In this document: piece after piece, positions 11,124-20,206 of the stretch
Numbering within the stretch: the stretch's first letter is position 1
Layout: each line of letters starts with the position of its first letter
NCBI GenBank assembly: GCA_965217895.1
Contig: CBDCJV010000002.1
Span: 1,312,001-1,376,000 of the forward strand
Direction of reading: 5' to 3'
DNA from: Waterburya sp.
GTDB taxonomy: Bacteria; Cyanobacteriota; Cyanobacteriia; Cyanobacteriales; Xenococcaceae
Length of the DNA stretch: 64,000 nt
Notes under the pieces: model-generated
What the model was told of the DNA's origin: nothing
The model's database searches: none
What the model saw: only the letters and a program-made list of their open reading frames with translations
Made by a program: the position numbers and the translations under genes

Positions 11124-11267
11124 TATAGCAATTCTCAGAGTTATAAAGTACAGCGTTTTTCCCTTCTTACGTGGGCTACGCTGCGGTTTCCGCAGCGTAG
11201 CCCACGTGCTTTTTTCCTTCCCCCAAACATAACCAAGATGTACCTCACTAATACAAGAACCGCTATA
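11124..11267. mobile_element. MITE-like element with imperfect ~29 bp terminal inverted repeats and an internal perfect hairpin
   Basis: Left end TATAGCAATTCT...GTACA, right end TGTAC...AGAACCGCTATA; internal perfect 18 bp inverted repeat at 11169-11207. Confidence 0.6.
11169..11215 (+). terminator. GC-rich hairpin plus T tract downstream of thiL
   Basis: ACGTGGGCTACGCTGCGG-TTT-CCGCAGCGTAGCCCACGT followed by GCTTTTTT. Confidence 0.6.
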
Positions 11268-11491
11268 GTAGTTCTAATATACTAAAGTATTGGCTATGTT
11301 TTTCAGACAAGAAAAGCACAGCATATTTTGAGAAAAATAGTTACTCTGGTATAAATTTCTAGAAAATGGGAATGTTAATTTTGTGAGGGAAAGTCATGGG
11401 CTGCATTATTAATTCTCATCTCTATTCAGAGGATAAATTTAAGTGAGATCTAGGATAGGATAGTCAACCCAATCGACAATCATGAAATTTA

Positions 11492-13477
11492 TTGTCCTGT
11501 GTATCACACCTGATTATGGAGCAGCGAGATTTGCCTAAAACTATGCAGCAAGCATCAGGGATCGATCATATTGTCAGTAGTATTTTCCAGTTTATTCAAA
11601 CAAGCTTAAATAGTCCGAATATTCTGTCAAGTTTAGCTGGTAAACTTGTTAATTTGCTGCTTGTCGAAACCTGTATTGTGGTTTCTATTGATTTTCATGG
11701 CAGCACTAATAAAGTAGGTTATTGGCAAGAAGATCATCTTTTGTTGACAACTCAAAACAGAATTACTCAGCTACTATCTAGTTTGTCTTTGGCTCAGGGT
11801 GATTTGACTCCATCCCAAGTGCTAATACAAAAAGATTCCCATCTATTTGAAACGATCGACCATTTAGTGAAGGAAGTTCTGCCTGGGAAATCTTGGCTAG
11901 GTATAATCACGCGATATCAACAAAAGGTTAACGGTTTAGTTTTACTTTTTAAGCCAGTCTCTTGTGGATGGAGTAACTCAGAGCAAAAACTATTGCCAAA
12001 AGTTTCTGACTCTATGGCGATCGCCATTTCTCAAATACAGCTTCAGCAACAGGTTCACACTAAAGCCCAGTATCAATCTTTATTCAAAAAGATTAGCCGA
12101 GAAATTAGCCAAAGTTGTCATCCTCAATCACTATTTAATACCTGTTTGGCAGAACTATGCACCACTTTAGAGGCAGATAGAGGCATAATTTTGATGTTGA
12201 AGTATCAAAATCCTTTAAAAGCCAAAAATAGACAACATAAATCGGTAAAAGGAACAGTCAGAATTACTTCTCACTGGAGTGACTCAGATCGAGGTAAATC
12301 CCCTAAAGATGAACCATTTTTTAGTCTAAGTGATTCGGACTTATGCCAAAAAGCTTGGCGTAATGCCCCAAAATATTTGTGTTTTCCAGCAGACGCTCCT
12401 TTTCCCGATTTAGCCCCAGAATCAGCTAGTAATTCTTTTGTAACTGATGGCTCTGCTTTATTGATGATGCCCTTGATGGGCAAGAAAAGTAGCAGTACAG
12501 ACTCAGCAGGAGTTCTTGGTTTTTTAGTGCTGCAATATAATGAAAAACACCATTGGTTAGAAGATCAATTAGATTTAATTGATTGGGTATGTGTACAGCT
12601 TAGTACGGCTCTAGTTCATCATCAAACCTTAAATCAGGTACAGTCCATTGTTGAAGAACGTACCGCTAAACTTAAGTGGAGTTCAGATGTTCAGGCAAAA
12701 CTATCAGCAAAAATGCGCCAGCACATCGATCAGCTACAAAAGTTAAATCAGTTAAAAGATGACTTTATGAATAGCATGAGTCACGAGCTAAAAACGCCTT
12801 TAACTAGTATGAAAATAGCAATCAAGATGCTGCGCCAGACAGAAATATCTCCTGAAATGCACGAAAAATATCTCAATATTTTAGAGCAGGAATGGAATCG
12901 AGAATATAGCTTAATTAAAGATTTGCTGACTTTACAGCAGGTAGAGTCAGGCAAACTAACCTATAGTCCCCAAGAGCTTGATTTAACCCAAGCGATTGCT
13001 AATTTGGCTCAATCTTTTCATACCAAGTGGCAAATGGAAAAGGGTCTGGAACTAAAGACAAGTGTATCTAAACCCGATCTTAAAATTAATACCGATGTTG
13101 AAAGCCTAGAGCATATTTTAAGCGAGCTGTTATTAAATGCAGCCAAATACAGTGATGAAAACACGGTGGTAGAATTATTGGCACAAAGCCAAACTACCGT
13201 CAAAGGTAAAGACATCGTAATTTCTGTTGCTAATAGTGGTGCGGAAATTACTCCTGAAGAATTGCCCTATATCTTTGATAAATTTAGACGAGGACAAGGA
13301 GTAACTGACCGTGCAGTGCCTGGAACGGGATTAGGACTTACTTTAGTGCAGTATTTAGTTGAACATCTAAACGGTACGATTGAGGTTACTAATGAGCCGA
13401 CAAAGTGCGATCGCGAAAGCTCATTTCTAACTACTTTTGTGCTTAGATTACCTCAATTTCAACCATCAATTAGCTAA
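11492..13477 (+). CDS. GAF-domain sensor histidine kinase
   Basis: Two GAF-like regions, H-box SHELKTPLT, N-box ELLLNAAKYS, IFDKFRRG and GTGLGL; true start may be ATG at 11516 or later. Confidence 0.92.
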   Translation: MSCVSHLIMEQRDLPKTMQQASGIDHIVSSIFQFIQTSLNSPNILSSLAGKLVNLLLVETCIVVSIDFHGSTNKVGYWQEDHLLLTTQNRITQLLSSLSLAQGDLTPSQVLIQKDSHLFETIDHLVKEVLPGKSWLGIITRYQQKVNGLVLLFKPVSCGWSNSEQKLLPKVSDSMAIAISQIQLQQQVHTKAQYQSLFKKISREISQSCHPQSLFNTCLAELCTTLEADRGIILMLKYQNPLKAKNRQHKSVKGTVRITSHWSDSDRGKSPKDEPFFSLSDSDLCQKAWRNAPKYLCFPADAPFPDLAPESASNSFVTDGSALLMMPLMGKKSSSTDSAGVLGFLVLQYNEKHHWLEDQLDLIDWVCVQLSTALVHHQTLNQVQSIVEERTAKLKWSSDVQAKLSAKMRQHIDQLQKLNQLKDDFMNSMSHELKTPLTSMKIAIKMLRQTEISPEMHEKYLNILEQEWNREYSLIKDLLTLQQVESGKLTYSPQELDLTQAIANLAQSFHTKWQMEKGLELKTSVSKPDLKINTDVESLEHILSELLLNAAKYSDENTVVELLAQSQTTVKGKDIVISVANSGAEITPEELPYIFDKFRRGQGVTDRAVPGTGLGLTLVQYLVEHLNGTIEVTNEPTKCDRESSFLTTFVLRLPQFQPSIS

Positions 13478-13557
13478 GTTAGTAGGAGGTTATTTAAGTT
13501 TTAGAGAATAATTTATAGTCGATCGCCTTTAATTAATCTCAACTCTAAATCGGTCGA

Positions 13558-15273
13558 TTGTCAGAAATTCCTATGAAATGGCACAGTAGCAAAAAGCTCA
13601 CCAATCCAAAACTATCCCGCTTGTCTTTAGGAACTTATCCTTATTCGCCATTTTTCCGTCAGATAAAAATTTTTGGCATCGCTAGCAAACTTTTACTTTC
13701 TCTGTGGTGGAACAAAGTAACGGGCAATAATTCTTCTGGGCGTAGATATCGTTTGGCACAGTGGTTAGTCAAAAATATTCTGGAATTGGGTCCAACCTTT
13801 ATCAAAATTGGGCAAGCTTTGTCTACCCGCGCCGATCTTATTCCCATTGAATATATCCAAGAATTTAGCCAACTACAGGATCGAGTACCACCTTTTAGTT
13901 CTGATTTAGCGATCGCCGTTATCGAACAGGAATTAGGCAAATCAGTTGCTGTATTGTTTGCCGAGTTTAACCCTACTCCCTTAGCTGCCGCTAGTTTAGG
14001 ACAGGTACACAAAGCCAGACTCTACACGGGGGAAGACGTGGTAGTCAAGGTACAGCGTCCTGGCTTAGCAAAATTATTCAACTTAGATTTTGAAATTCTG
14101 CATCGTTTGGTTAGATGGCTAAATCGGTTACTTAAAAATGCTAGAAAATTTAATCTAGAAGCAATTTATCGTGAGTTTTTTGAGCTTCTATACATGGAAA
14201 TTGACTATGTTCACGAAGGTAAAAATGCCGATCGCTTTCGAGCAAATTTTCAAGGCTATCATCGAGTAGCTGTGCCACAGGTTTATTGGCAATATACTAC
14301 TCCCAAAATCCTCACTTTAGAATACTTGCCAGGCATCAAAATAGACGATCGCCTGGCTTTAGAAGCTAATCGGATTGATACCCAAGAAGTAATTCAACTG
14401 GGCATTACCTGCTATTTAAAACAGCTTTTAGAAGACGGTTTTTTTCAGTCCGATCCCCATCCTGGCAATATGGCAGTCAGCCAACGGGGAGATATTATTT
14501 TTTATGATTTTGGCACTATGGCAGAAGTAAAAACTATCGCCAAAGATCAGATGGTAAAAACTTTTTTTGCCGTTTTAAAAAAAGATACGGATGAGGTAGT
14601 AGAAACTTTAATCTATATGGGTTTAATTGAGCCTGTAGCGGATATGACTCCTGTTAAACGGATGATTGCCTTTATGATCGAAGAGTTTCGCGACAAGCCC
14701 GTTGACGTGAGAGCTTTTGAACAAATAACCGAAGAAGTCTACTCTCTTTTTGAGCAGCAGCCATTTCGTTTACCTCCCCAGATGACATTTATTGTTAAGT
14801 CTTTGACTACTTTAGACGGCATTGCTCGCGCCCTCGATCCTCAATATAATTTATTAGCAGCAGCCCAACCCTTTTTAAAACAAGTGGCATTTTCGCAACA
14901 ACAGGGCAGTATGTTGAGTATTTTAGCCAGACAAACCAAAGATTTTATCCAATACAAGTTTAAACAGCCAAACCGTACTCAACTATCGATTATGCGGTTA
15001 GAATCTCGCCTGGATTTAGGAGAGTTACAGGTAAAGGTCAAGAGCATAGAAAGTGAACGTTCCCTCAAACAAATTCAGTTAGGAATCAAAAGCTTAATTT
15101 ATACCTGCTTTTCAGGATTTTGCCTATTATCTGGTTCGGTACTATTAGTCGGTCACTTAAAAGGAATGGCGATCGCTTTATTCTGTTTTGCTACCTTTTG
15201 GTTTATTTTACTATTGCGATCGATGATGAGTATGGCAATGAGGGAAAAAATGTATCGCCTGGCGCAGAAGTAA
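13558..15273 (+). CDS. ABC1/AarF/UbiB family atypical kinase
   Basis: LGPTFIKIGQ, AAASLGQVH, VKVQRP, DPHPGN and DFG motifs; C-terminal TM pair. Confidence 0.95.
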   Translation: MSEIPMKWHSSKKLTNPKLSRLSLGTYPYSPFFRQIKIFGIASKLLLSLWWNKVTGNNSSGRRYRLAQWLVKNILELGPTFIKIGQALSTRADLIPIEYIQEFSQLQDRVPPFSSDLAIAVIEQELGKSVAVLFAEFNPTPLAAASLGQVHKARLYTGEDVVVKVQRPGLAKLFNLDFEILHRLVRWLNRLLKNARKFNLEAIYREFFELLYMEIDYVHEGKNADRFRANFQGYHRVAVPQVYWQYTTPKILTLEYLPGIKIDDRLALEANRIDTQEVIQLGITCYLKQLLEDGFFQSDPHPGNMAVSQRGDIIFYDFGTMAEVKTIAKDQMVKTFFAVLKKDTDEVVETLIYMGLIEPVADMTPVKRMIAFMIEEFRDKPVDVRAFEQITEEVYSLFEQQPFRLPPQMTFIVKSLTTLDGIARALDPQYNLLAAAQPFLKQVAFSQQQGSMLSILARQTKDFIQYKFKQPNRTQLSIMRLESRLDLGELQVKVKSIESERSLKQIQLGIKSLIYTCFSGFCLLSGSVLLVGHLKGMAIALFCFATFWFILLLRSMMSMAMREKMYRLAQK

Positions 15274-15341
15274 ACTAAAAGTTTAATAAATCTATCCTTC
15301 TAATAACATAAGTCAGCTTCTGAATATTTTCTGCAAAACTT

Positions 15342-16688
15342 TTAAATTGACTGAAAAAAGTAAACAATATAATCAAATATAGACATACCTAAAGGATGCT
15401 TATCGAAAAAGGTTATGCCTACAATATCCTGCATCTTTGCTTGAACCCCAATAAAGTTAAATGTATTGGATGCCGCCATGAAAATAGTTATGGCAGAAAC
15501 TACGGCAAAATTTTTGATTTTATTAGGCTCATTTAACTTTTGGTCATCCAAACCAACACAAAAAAATAAACCAAAAAAAGCTAAAAATAAATAAGCAATT
15601 CTTTGATTAAATCCTGTCACTAAAATAAACAAAATTTGTAGCAACGACACAAAATAAATAGAGATAAAAGACCATATTTTAAGAGTTATTTTTTTGTAGT
15701 TTCTCGATACTATAAAAACTCCTACAGACAAGATAGCAATAGCTAGAAAAATATTTAAGCTAAATAGTTGCGTATCTCGTTGATCGTTGTTTTCGACCCT
15801 ACCTCGTATCGATCTACTTATTTGAGCTTTAGGTACAAGCTCTAAAATACTATCTATAAATCGATATATACTCTTAGGATTGTTATATACTTGCAGCCCT
15901 AGATACAGCATGGCAATTACTGCTAATCCTAGCCCAATCAATAAGAAAATTTTATCTTCTTTTTTCCATTGAATTTTTTTAATAATTCGACCAATATTTC
16001 CTGCTGTTTGAACTCCTAAGCAAACTCCTATATAAATAACGCTACTAGTATGAGAAAAAATTGCTAACAAAGAGAAAATCCAAAATAAAATCCAGTTTGA
16101 TTCCATACTAGAGATCGCAGCTAGGACAAAAACCAGGGAAAAAAACTGGCGCATATAAAATACTTGTGAGTAATAAAAGTAACTAGAAAAGAGAATTATA
16201 AGTAAAGTAGGATAATACCTCGGTGATAAATTTTTACTAATATAAAAAACGATTACAGAATTATTAAATAAGGCAAAGGAAAATAAGCACCAAAACGTAG
16301 ATTCATTACTCAAATAGTGAATGACTGCAAAAAATAAAAATAAAACAACTTCAAAGCGATCTTTAGCAATATAGTTATCGAGAGGACCTTGACGATCTAA
16401 ATTATTATAAATATCTAAATAAACTTTAGTATCAGCAAAAGCATCAATGCTAGTAAGATAAAGTGAGATGGTTAAAACAATTAAAATTAAAACAAAATTA
16501 TTTAAAGATAAAAGCTTGCTGTAATTTTTGGATGGTCTTAAAAGATCTAGTTGAATAGCTAAGAGCAGGGGAATAATTCCCAAAATCGGAAATGATACCC
16601 AAACAGCAAACCCAAAAAATAATACTGGCAATCTTAATTCAGAAATATTCTGAATTTTTTTTATTCTTTCAAAGGTTTGATCGAGCAT
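15342..16688 (-). CDS. EpsG/Wzy-like polysaccharide polymerase
   Basis: Multi-TM, AT-rich; DTKVY, MRQ and FSHTSS motifs; downstream of a GT2 gene. Confidence 0.75.
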   Translation of the reverse strand: MLDQTFERIKKIQNISELRLPVLFFGFAVWVSFPILGIIPLLLAIQLDLLRPSKNYSKLLSLNNFVLILIVLTISLYLTSIDAFADTKVYLDIYNNLDRQGPLDNYIAKDRFEVVLFLFFAVIHYLSNESTFWCLFSFALFNNSVIVFYISKNLSPRYYPTLLIILFSSYFYYSQVFYMRQFFSLVFVLAAISSMESNWILFWIFSLLAIFSHTSSVIYIGVCLGVQTAGNIGRIIKKIQWKKEDKIFLLIGLGLAVIAMLYLGLQVYNNPKSIYRFIDSILELVPKAQISRSIRGRVENNDQRDTQLFSLNIFLAIAILSVGVFIVSRNYKKITLKIWSFISIYFVSLLQILFILVTGFNQRIAYLFLAFFGLFFCVGLDDQKLNEPNKIKNFAVVSAITIFMAASNTFNFIGVQAKMQDIVGITFFDKHPLGMSIFDYIVYFFQSI

Positions 16689-16720
16689 GATATCTTTTGG
16701 AGAAGTAATAAGTAATTCGT

Positions 16721-16747
16721 TAGGGGCGAACGGCCGTTCGCCCGTAC
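16721..16747. repeat. REP-like palindrome (GTAG/TAGGGGCG family)
   Basis: TAGGGGCGAACGGCCGTTCGCCCGTAC, flanked by AGTAATAAGT on both sides; related copy at 33438. Confidence 0.8.
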
Positions 16748-16757
16748 AGTAATAAGT

Positions 16758-17684
16758 TTAATTTGGTTTGATTATTTTTTTTATTTGTTGTTGATAGTTA
16801 CGAGGAGTCGACAACTTAAGCAGTAAATATAAGCTATAAAATGGTGAAATAATACCCTTTCGCCAAGCTTTAAAAATTAGGTTAGTAGCGACAAATTTAT
16901 TAATTGGCTCTTTAATCATTTTTGGCACAATTTCTTTGAGTAAAAAGCCCTGATAAGCATCCTCAGAAATGTGCTGACGATATTGCTGAATCCAATCAAG
17001 GGAAGCTTGATAATTAACTTGGCAAGAAATGCGATCGCTTCTTGACTCATTATGCCAGGTTGCTAAAACTTGGGGGACAAAAATAAATTTTGCTCCTTGT
17101 TTTTCTAATCTAATTACAAAGTCTAAATCTTGATGTTTAACTAATCCAGTCTGAAATAAAGTTTGGCCAGCTAAAGTACGAGAAATTATTAAAGTACTAG
17201 TTAACATTTCTCCTCCAGATAGCCAAAAATATTCAGGTATTGTTTCTTGTTCTTGTTTACCCTTAGCAGGCAATATTGATCGCTGATAAAATATCTGAGA
17301 GCTTTTTTGAAACTGGGCATAACAAACCAAATTATCCTGGCATTTCTGTTGAGAAATAATAGCTAATTGATGTCGCAATTTATCTGGTAGCCATACATCA
17401 TCCGAGTCAAGAAAGGCAATATATTTTCCTTGAGCATTTCTAATACCTGTATTTCTGGCTTCTGAACCACCTAGATTTGTTTGATGACAGATATAGATAA
17501 CTCTGGTATCGTTTATTTGTTGAATAATTTGAGCTGTATTATCAATAGAAGCATCGTCAACTATAATAATCTCTGTCTTTTGATACGACTGCTTGATAGC
17601 TGAACTAACCGATCTGAGAATTACGTTAGCACGGTTGTAGGTTGGTATAATGACGCTAACTAAATGCTCTTCAATTTTTCTCAT
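16758..17684 (-). CDS. Glycosyltransferase family 2
   Basis: VSVIIPTYNR, IIVDDAS, ARNTG and FLDSDD motifs. Confidence 0.95.
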   Translation of the reverse strand: MRKIEEHLVSVIIPTYNRANVILRSVSSAIKQSYQKTEIIIVDDASIDNTAQIIQQINDTRVIYICHQTNLGGSEARNTGIRNAQGKYIAFLDSDDVWLPDKLRHQLAIISQQKCQDNLVCYAQFQKSSQIFYQRSILPAKGKQEQETIPEYFWLSGGEMLTSTLIISRTLAGQTLFQTGLVKHQDLDFVIRLEKQGAKFIFVPQVLATWHNESRSDRISCQVNYQASLDWIQQYRQHISEDAYQGFLLKEIVPKMIKEPINKFVATNLIFKAWRKGIISPFYSLYLLLKLSTPRNYQQQIKKIIKPN

Positions 17685-17719
17685 TACTTTTCTATCTCAT
17701 AATGATGCAACAGCGATCG

Positions 17720-18061
17720 CTATTGAGGGTGAAATTTAGGGTAGAGCATCGCTTTAACAGGAGATTTCTCGATTAGGTGCTTTTTGATGACGGTAGACAC
17801 TTCATCAGGATGAACTTGAGAATACCAGGTTTGGTCTGATTCTACAAGAACCATAGAACCATTACCACATTGCCCTAAACAGCCGACAGAAACTAGCTCA
17901 AAGTCTGCTGGTAAGTTTTGTTTAAACTTAGCAAAGACTCGCTCAGAATTATATTTACGGCAGCTACGCCCCAAACAAACTAAAATCTTCTGCGACTTAG
18001 AGTCAGGAGACTGGTTAGGAAATTGCATACTGTCTGTTGATGGAGATAAATCTGATTCCAT
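17720..18061 (-). CDS. Thioredoxin-like [2Fe-2S] ferredoxin
   Basis: VCLGRSC (Cx4C), GCLGQC (Cx3C) and WYSQV. Confidence 0.88.
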   Translation of the reverse strand: MESDLSPSTDSMQFPNQSPDSKSQKILVCLGRSCRKYNSERVFAKFKQNLPADFELVSVGCLGQCGNGSMVLVESDQTWYSQVHPDEVSTVIKKHLIEKSPVKAMLYPKFHPQ

Positions 18062-18203
18062 AGCTACGGAGTATTTTTAGATGGGAAGATTTTTGCCTAA
18101 AGTTGCGCATAGCCTCACATTTTAATTTTTGCTATTTTATTAGTAAATATTCATAAGAGTTTAAATTTTTGCTGCTAAGTATTAACTTTTAGCATTTCTC
18201 GAA

Positions 18204-18234
18204 ATATACCCCTAGAGGGGATGTTAGATATAAT
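18204..18234 (+). promoter_or_regulatory. Putative CsoR/RcnR/InrS-family operator adjacent to a -10 box
   Basis: ATATACCCCTAGAGGGGATGT (C-tract/G-tract with AT flanks) followed by TATAAT at 18229-18234. Confidence 0.6.
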
Positions 18235-18335
18235 TATTGATAGAGTCTGAATTTAAAGTTATTCCCGCAAAATACAGCAAAAACCTGCTTTAAATTCAAT
18301 TTATAACTTAACCTAAATTATTGAGGAAACTGCCA

Positions 18336-19484
18336 GTGGTTACAATTTCACATCAATCTACCGTTGATGAACATCACCATCATCATGAATCAGAACCTAA
18401 TCAAAGTAACCGTGTAGCCGTATTATTAATGGGTTACGGGGAAGTTGAAAGCTATAAAGACTTTGCCAACTACAATGAACAGGCTCTTAATCTTTTGACA
18501 GCTAAATTTGCTCCTGTACCTACCTGGATCTATCCTGCGATCGCTAAATTACTAGCGATGTTTGACCTTCACGAATGGAGTCATCAACACAATAATTTTA
18601 TTTCTCCCCACAACGCTATCTTTGAAGAGCAAAGAGCAGGAATTGAAAAAGAATTAAAAGCAACCTGGGGAGAAAAGGTTAAAGTTTTCAAGGCATTTAA
18701 CTTTTGCGCTCCCCATTTACCCGAACAAATATTAGCTGAGATAAAAGAGCAAGGATTCGACAAAATCCTTATTTATCCTCTGCTAGTAGTCGATTCTATC
18801 TTTACTAGCGGTATTGCGGTAGAGCAAGTTAACAAAGCTTTAGCCAATCAAGCCGAGGGAGAATCCCATTGGTTAAAAAATTCTCGCTACATTCCTTCTT
18901 TCTTCAATAAGCCAGACTATGTTAATCTGCTAGCGCAAATGGTAGAAGAAAAAATTGAGGCGGAATTGGCACAGGGACATTTAGCTTCTCAAATTGGCAT
19001 CATTTTGATGAATCATGGTTGTCCCCATAAAGCCAAAGGATTTACGTCGGGAATCTACGAAAGCCAAGCTTTATATGAGTTAGTTCGAGAAAAGCTAATT
19101 GATAAATATCCTCTGATTTCTGTTGGCTGGCTCAACCACGACACCCCATTAATTGAATGGACACAGCCTAATGTTAAATTGGCTGCACAGAATCTACTTG
19201 AATTAGGGGCAACTTCAATAGTTATGATGCCCATTGGCTTTGCCACCGAAAATCATGAAACATTGCTAGACGTAGATCATATTATTCATAATCTACAGCA
19301 CAAGCATTCAGATGTTACCTTTATTCGGATGCCTTGCGTTAACAGTCGCCCTGAATTTATGCAGATGGCAGCAGAGTGGGCAAATCCACAAATTGAGGCA
19401 CTATTAGAAGAATCTGGGATGACGGTTAACCCTCAGTTAGCTAAAACCCAGGCTGCTCACGCTCATTCCCATCATCATCATTAA
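18336..19484 (+). CDS. Ferrochelatase-family (class II chelatase) paralogue with His-rich termini
   Basis: VAVLLMGYG, ILIYPLL, MNHGCP and GFATENHETLLDVD; no C-terminal CAB domain; GTG at 18336 preceded by GAGGA (ORF track starts at 18321). Confidence 0.82.
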   Translation: MVTISHQSTVDEHHHHHESEPNQSNRVAVLLMGYGEVESYKDFANYNEQALNLLTAKFAPVPTWIYPAIAKLLAMFDLHEWSHQHNNFISPHNAIFEEQRAGIEKELKATWGEKVKVFKAFNFCAPHLPEQILAEIKEQGFDKILIYPLLVVDSIFTSGIAVEQVNKALANQAEGESHWLKNSRYIPSFFNKPDYVNLLAQMVEEKIEAELAQGHLASQIGIILMNHGCPHKAKGFTSGIYESQALYELVREKLIDKYPLISVGWLNHDTPLIEWTQPNVKLAAQNLLELGATSIVMMPIGFATENHETLLDVDHIIHNLQHKHSDVTFIRMPCVNSRPEFMQMAAEWANPQIEALLEESGMTVNPQLAKTQAAHAHSHHHH

Positions 19485-19508
19485 ATCGCTTCTTATTTTA
19501 ATTTAAGC

Positions 19509-19565
19509 GTAGGGTGGGCATTACGAAATCTGTAAGGCGTGATAATCGATTGGTTAATGCCCACC
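19509..19565. repeat. REP-like element (GTAGGGTGGGCA...TGCCCACC)
   Basis: Inverted arms around a variable spacer; related copies at 44915 and 46013. Confidence 0.8.
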
Positions 19566-19620
19566 ATTATTAAATGTTGGCAATGATTATTTGATGACGA
19601 AGTGGGCAACATAGCTCCTT

Positions 19621-20154
19621 TTAAGCAGTCCAGAAAGGAATTGAAAACAGACCGAACATAATATTAATGGGAAAGGGAACTACAAACACAGTAATCCCAG
19701 TCCAAAAAACCAAAAAGCTGTTCCAAGCGATCGCAAAAGTAACTAGCCAAGTTAACCCTAGTGTAAAATCCTTCGGGGGAATAAAAACTGCAATTGTAGA
19801 CGAGGTTTTTTGCAGCTTAATTTTACTATGGGCTGGCTGTTCAATTATCTCAGCGTCTTTTTTTAAAATAATAGGCTGTTTGAAAGCCTGTAATGCTTCT
19901 GTTGCCGAACAAAAACGGCGATCGCAACTTGGCTTAATCAGCTTACATAACCAATTTTTTAAGACAGGGCTAAGACCAACTTGTTTCTCAAATAATATAC
20001 GTCCATCTTTACTCGGCAAGTCCGTAGGATGCCTGCCTGTAGCCAGATAAATCAAAGTTGCACCCAAACTATAAAGATCCGATGCGGGTGTAGTTTTACC
20101 GCCAAATTGTTCTGGAGGCATATAGCCATAAGTTCCGACTACGGTTATTGTTCC
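19621..20154 (-). pseudogene. Ser/Thr protein kinase remnant (subdomain VIII onward; N-terminus missing)
   Basis: In-frame GTITVVGTYGYMPPEQFGG...SDLYSLGATL directly after a TGA at 20155-20157; no Gly-loop, HRD or DFG upstream. Confidence 0.85.
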
Positions 20155-20206
20155 TCATCTATATTGCCCATTCAAGATCTAAAAACAACCGATTAATTAA
20201 GCTTAT

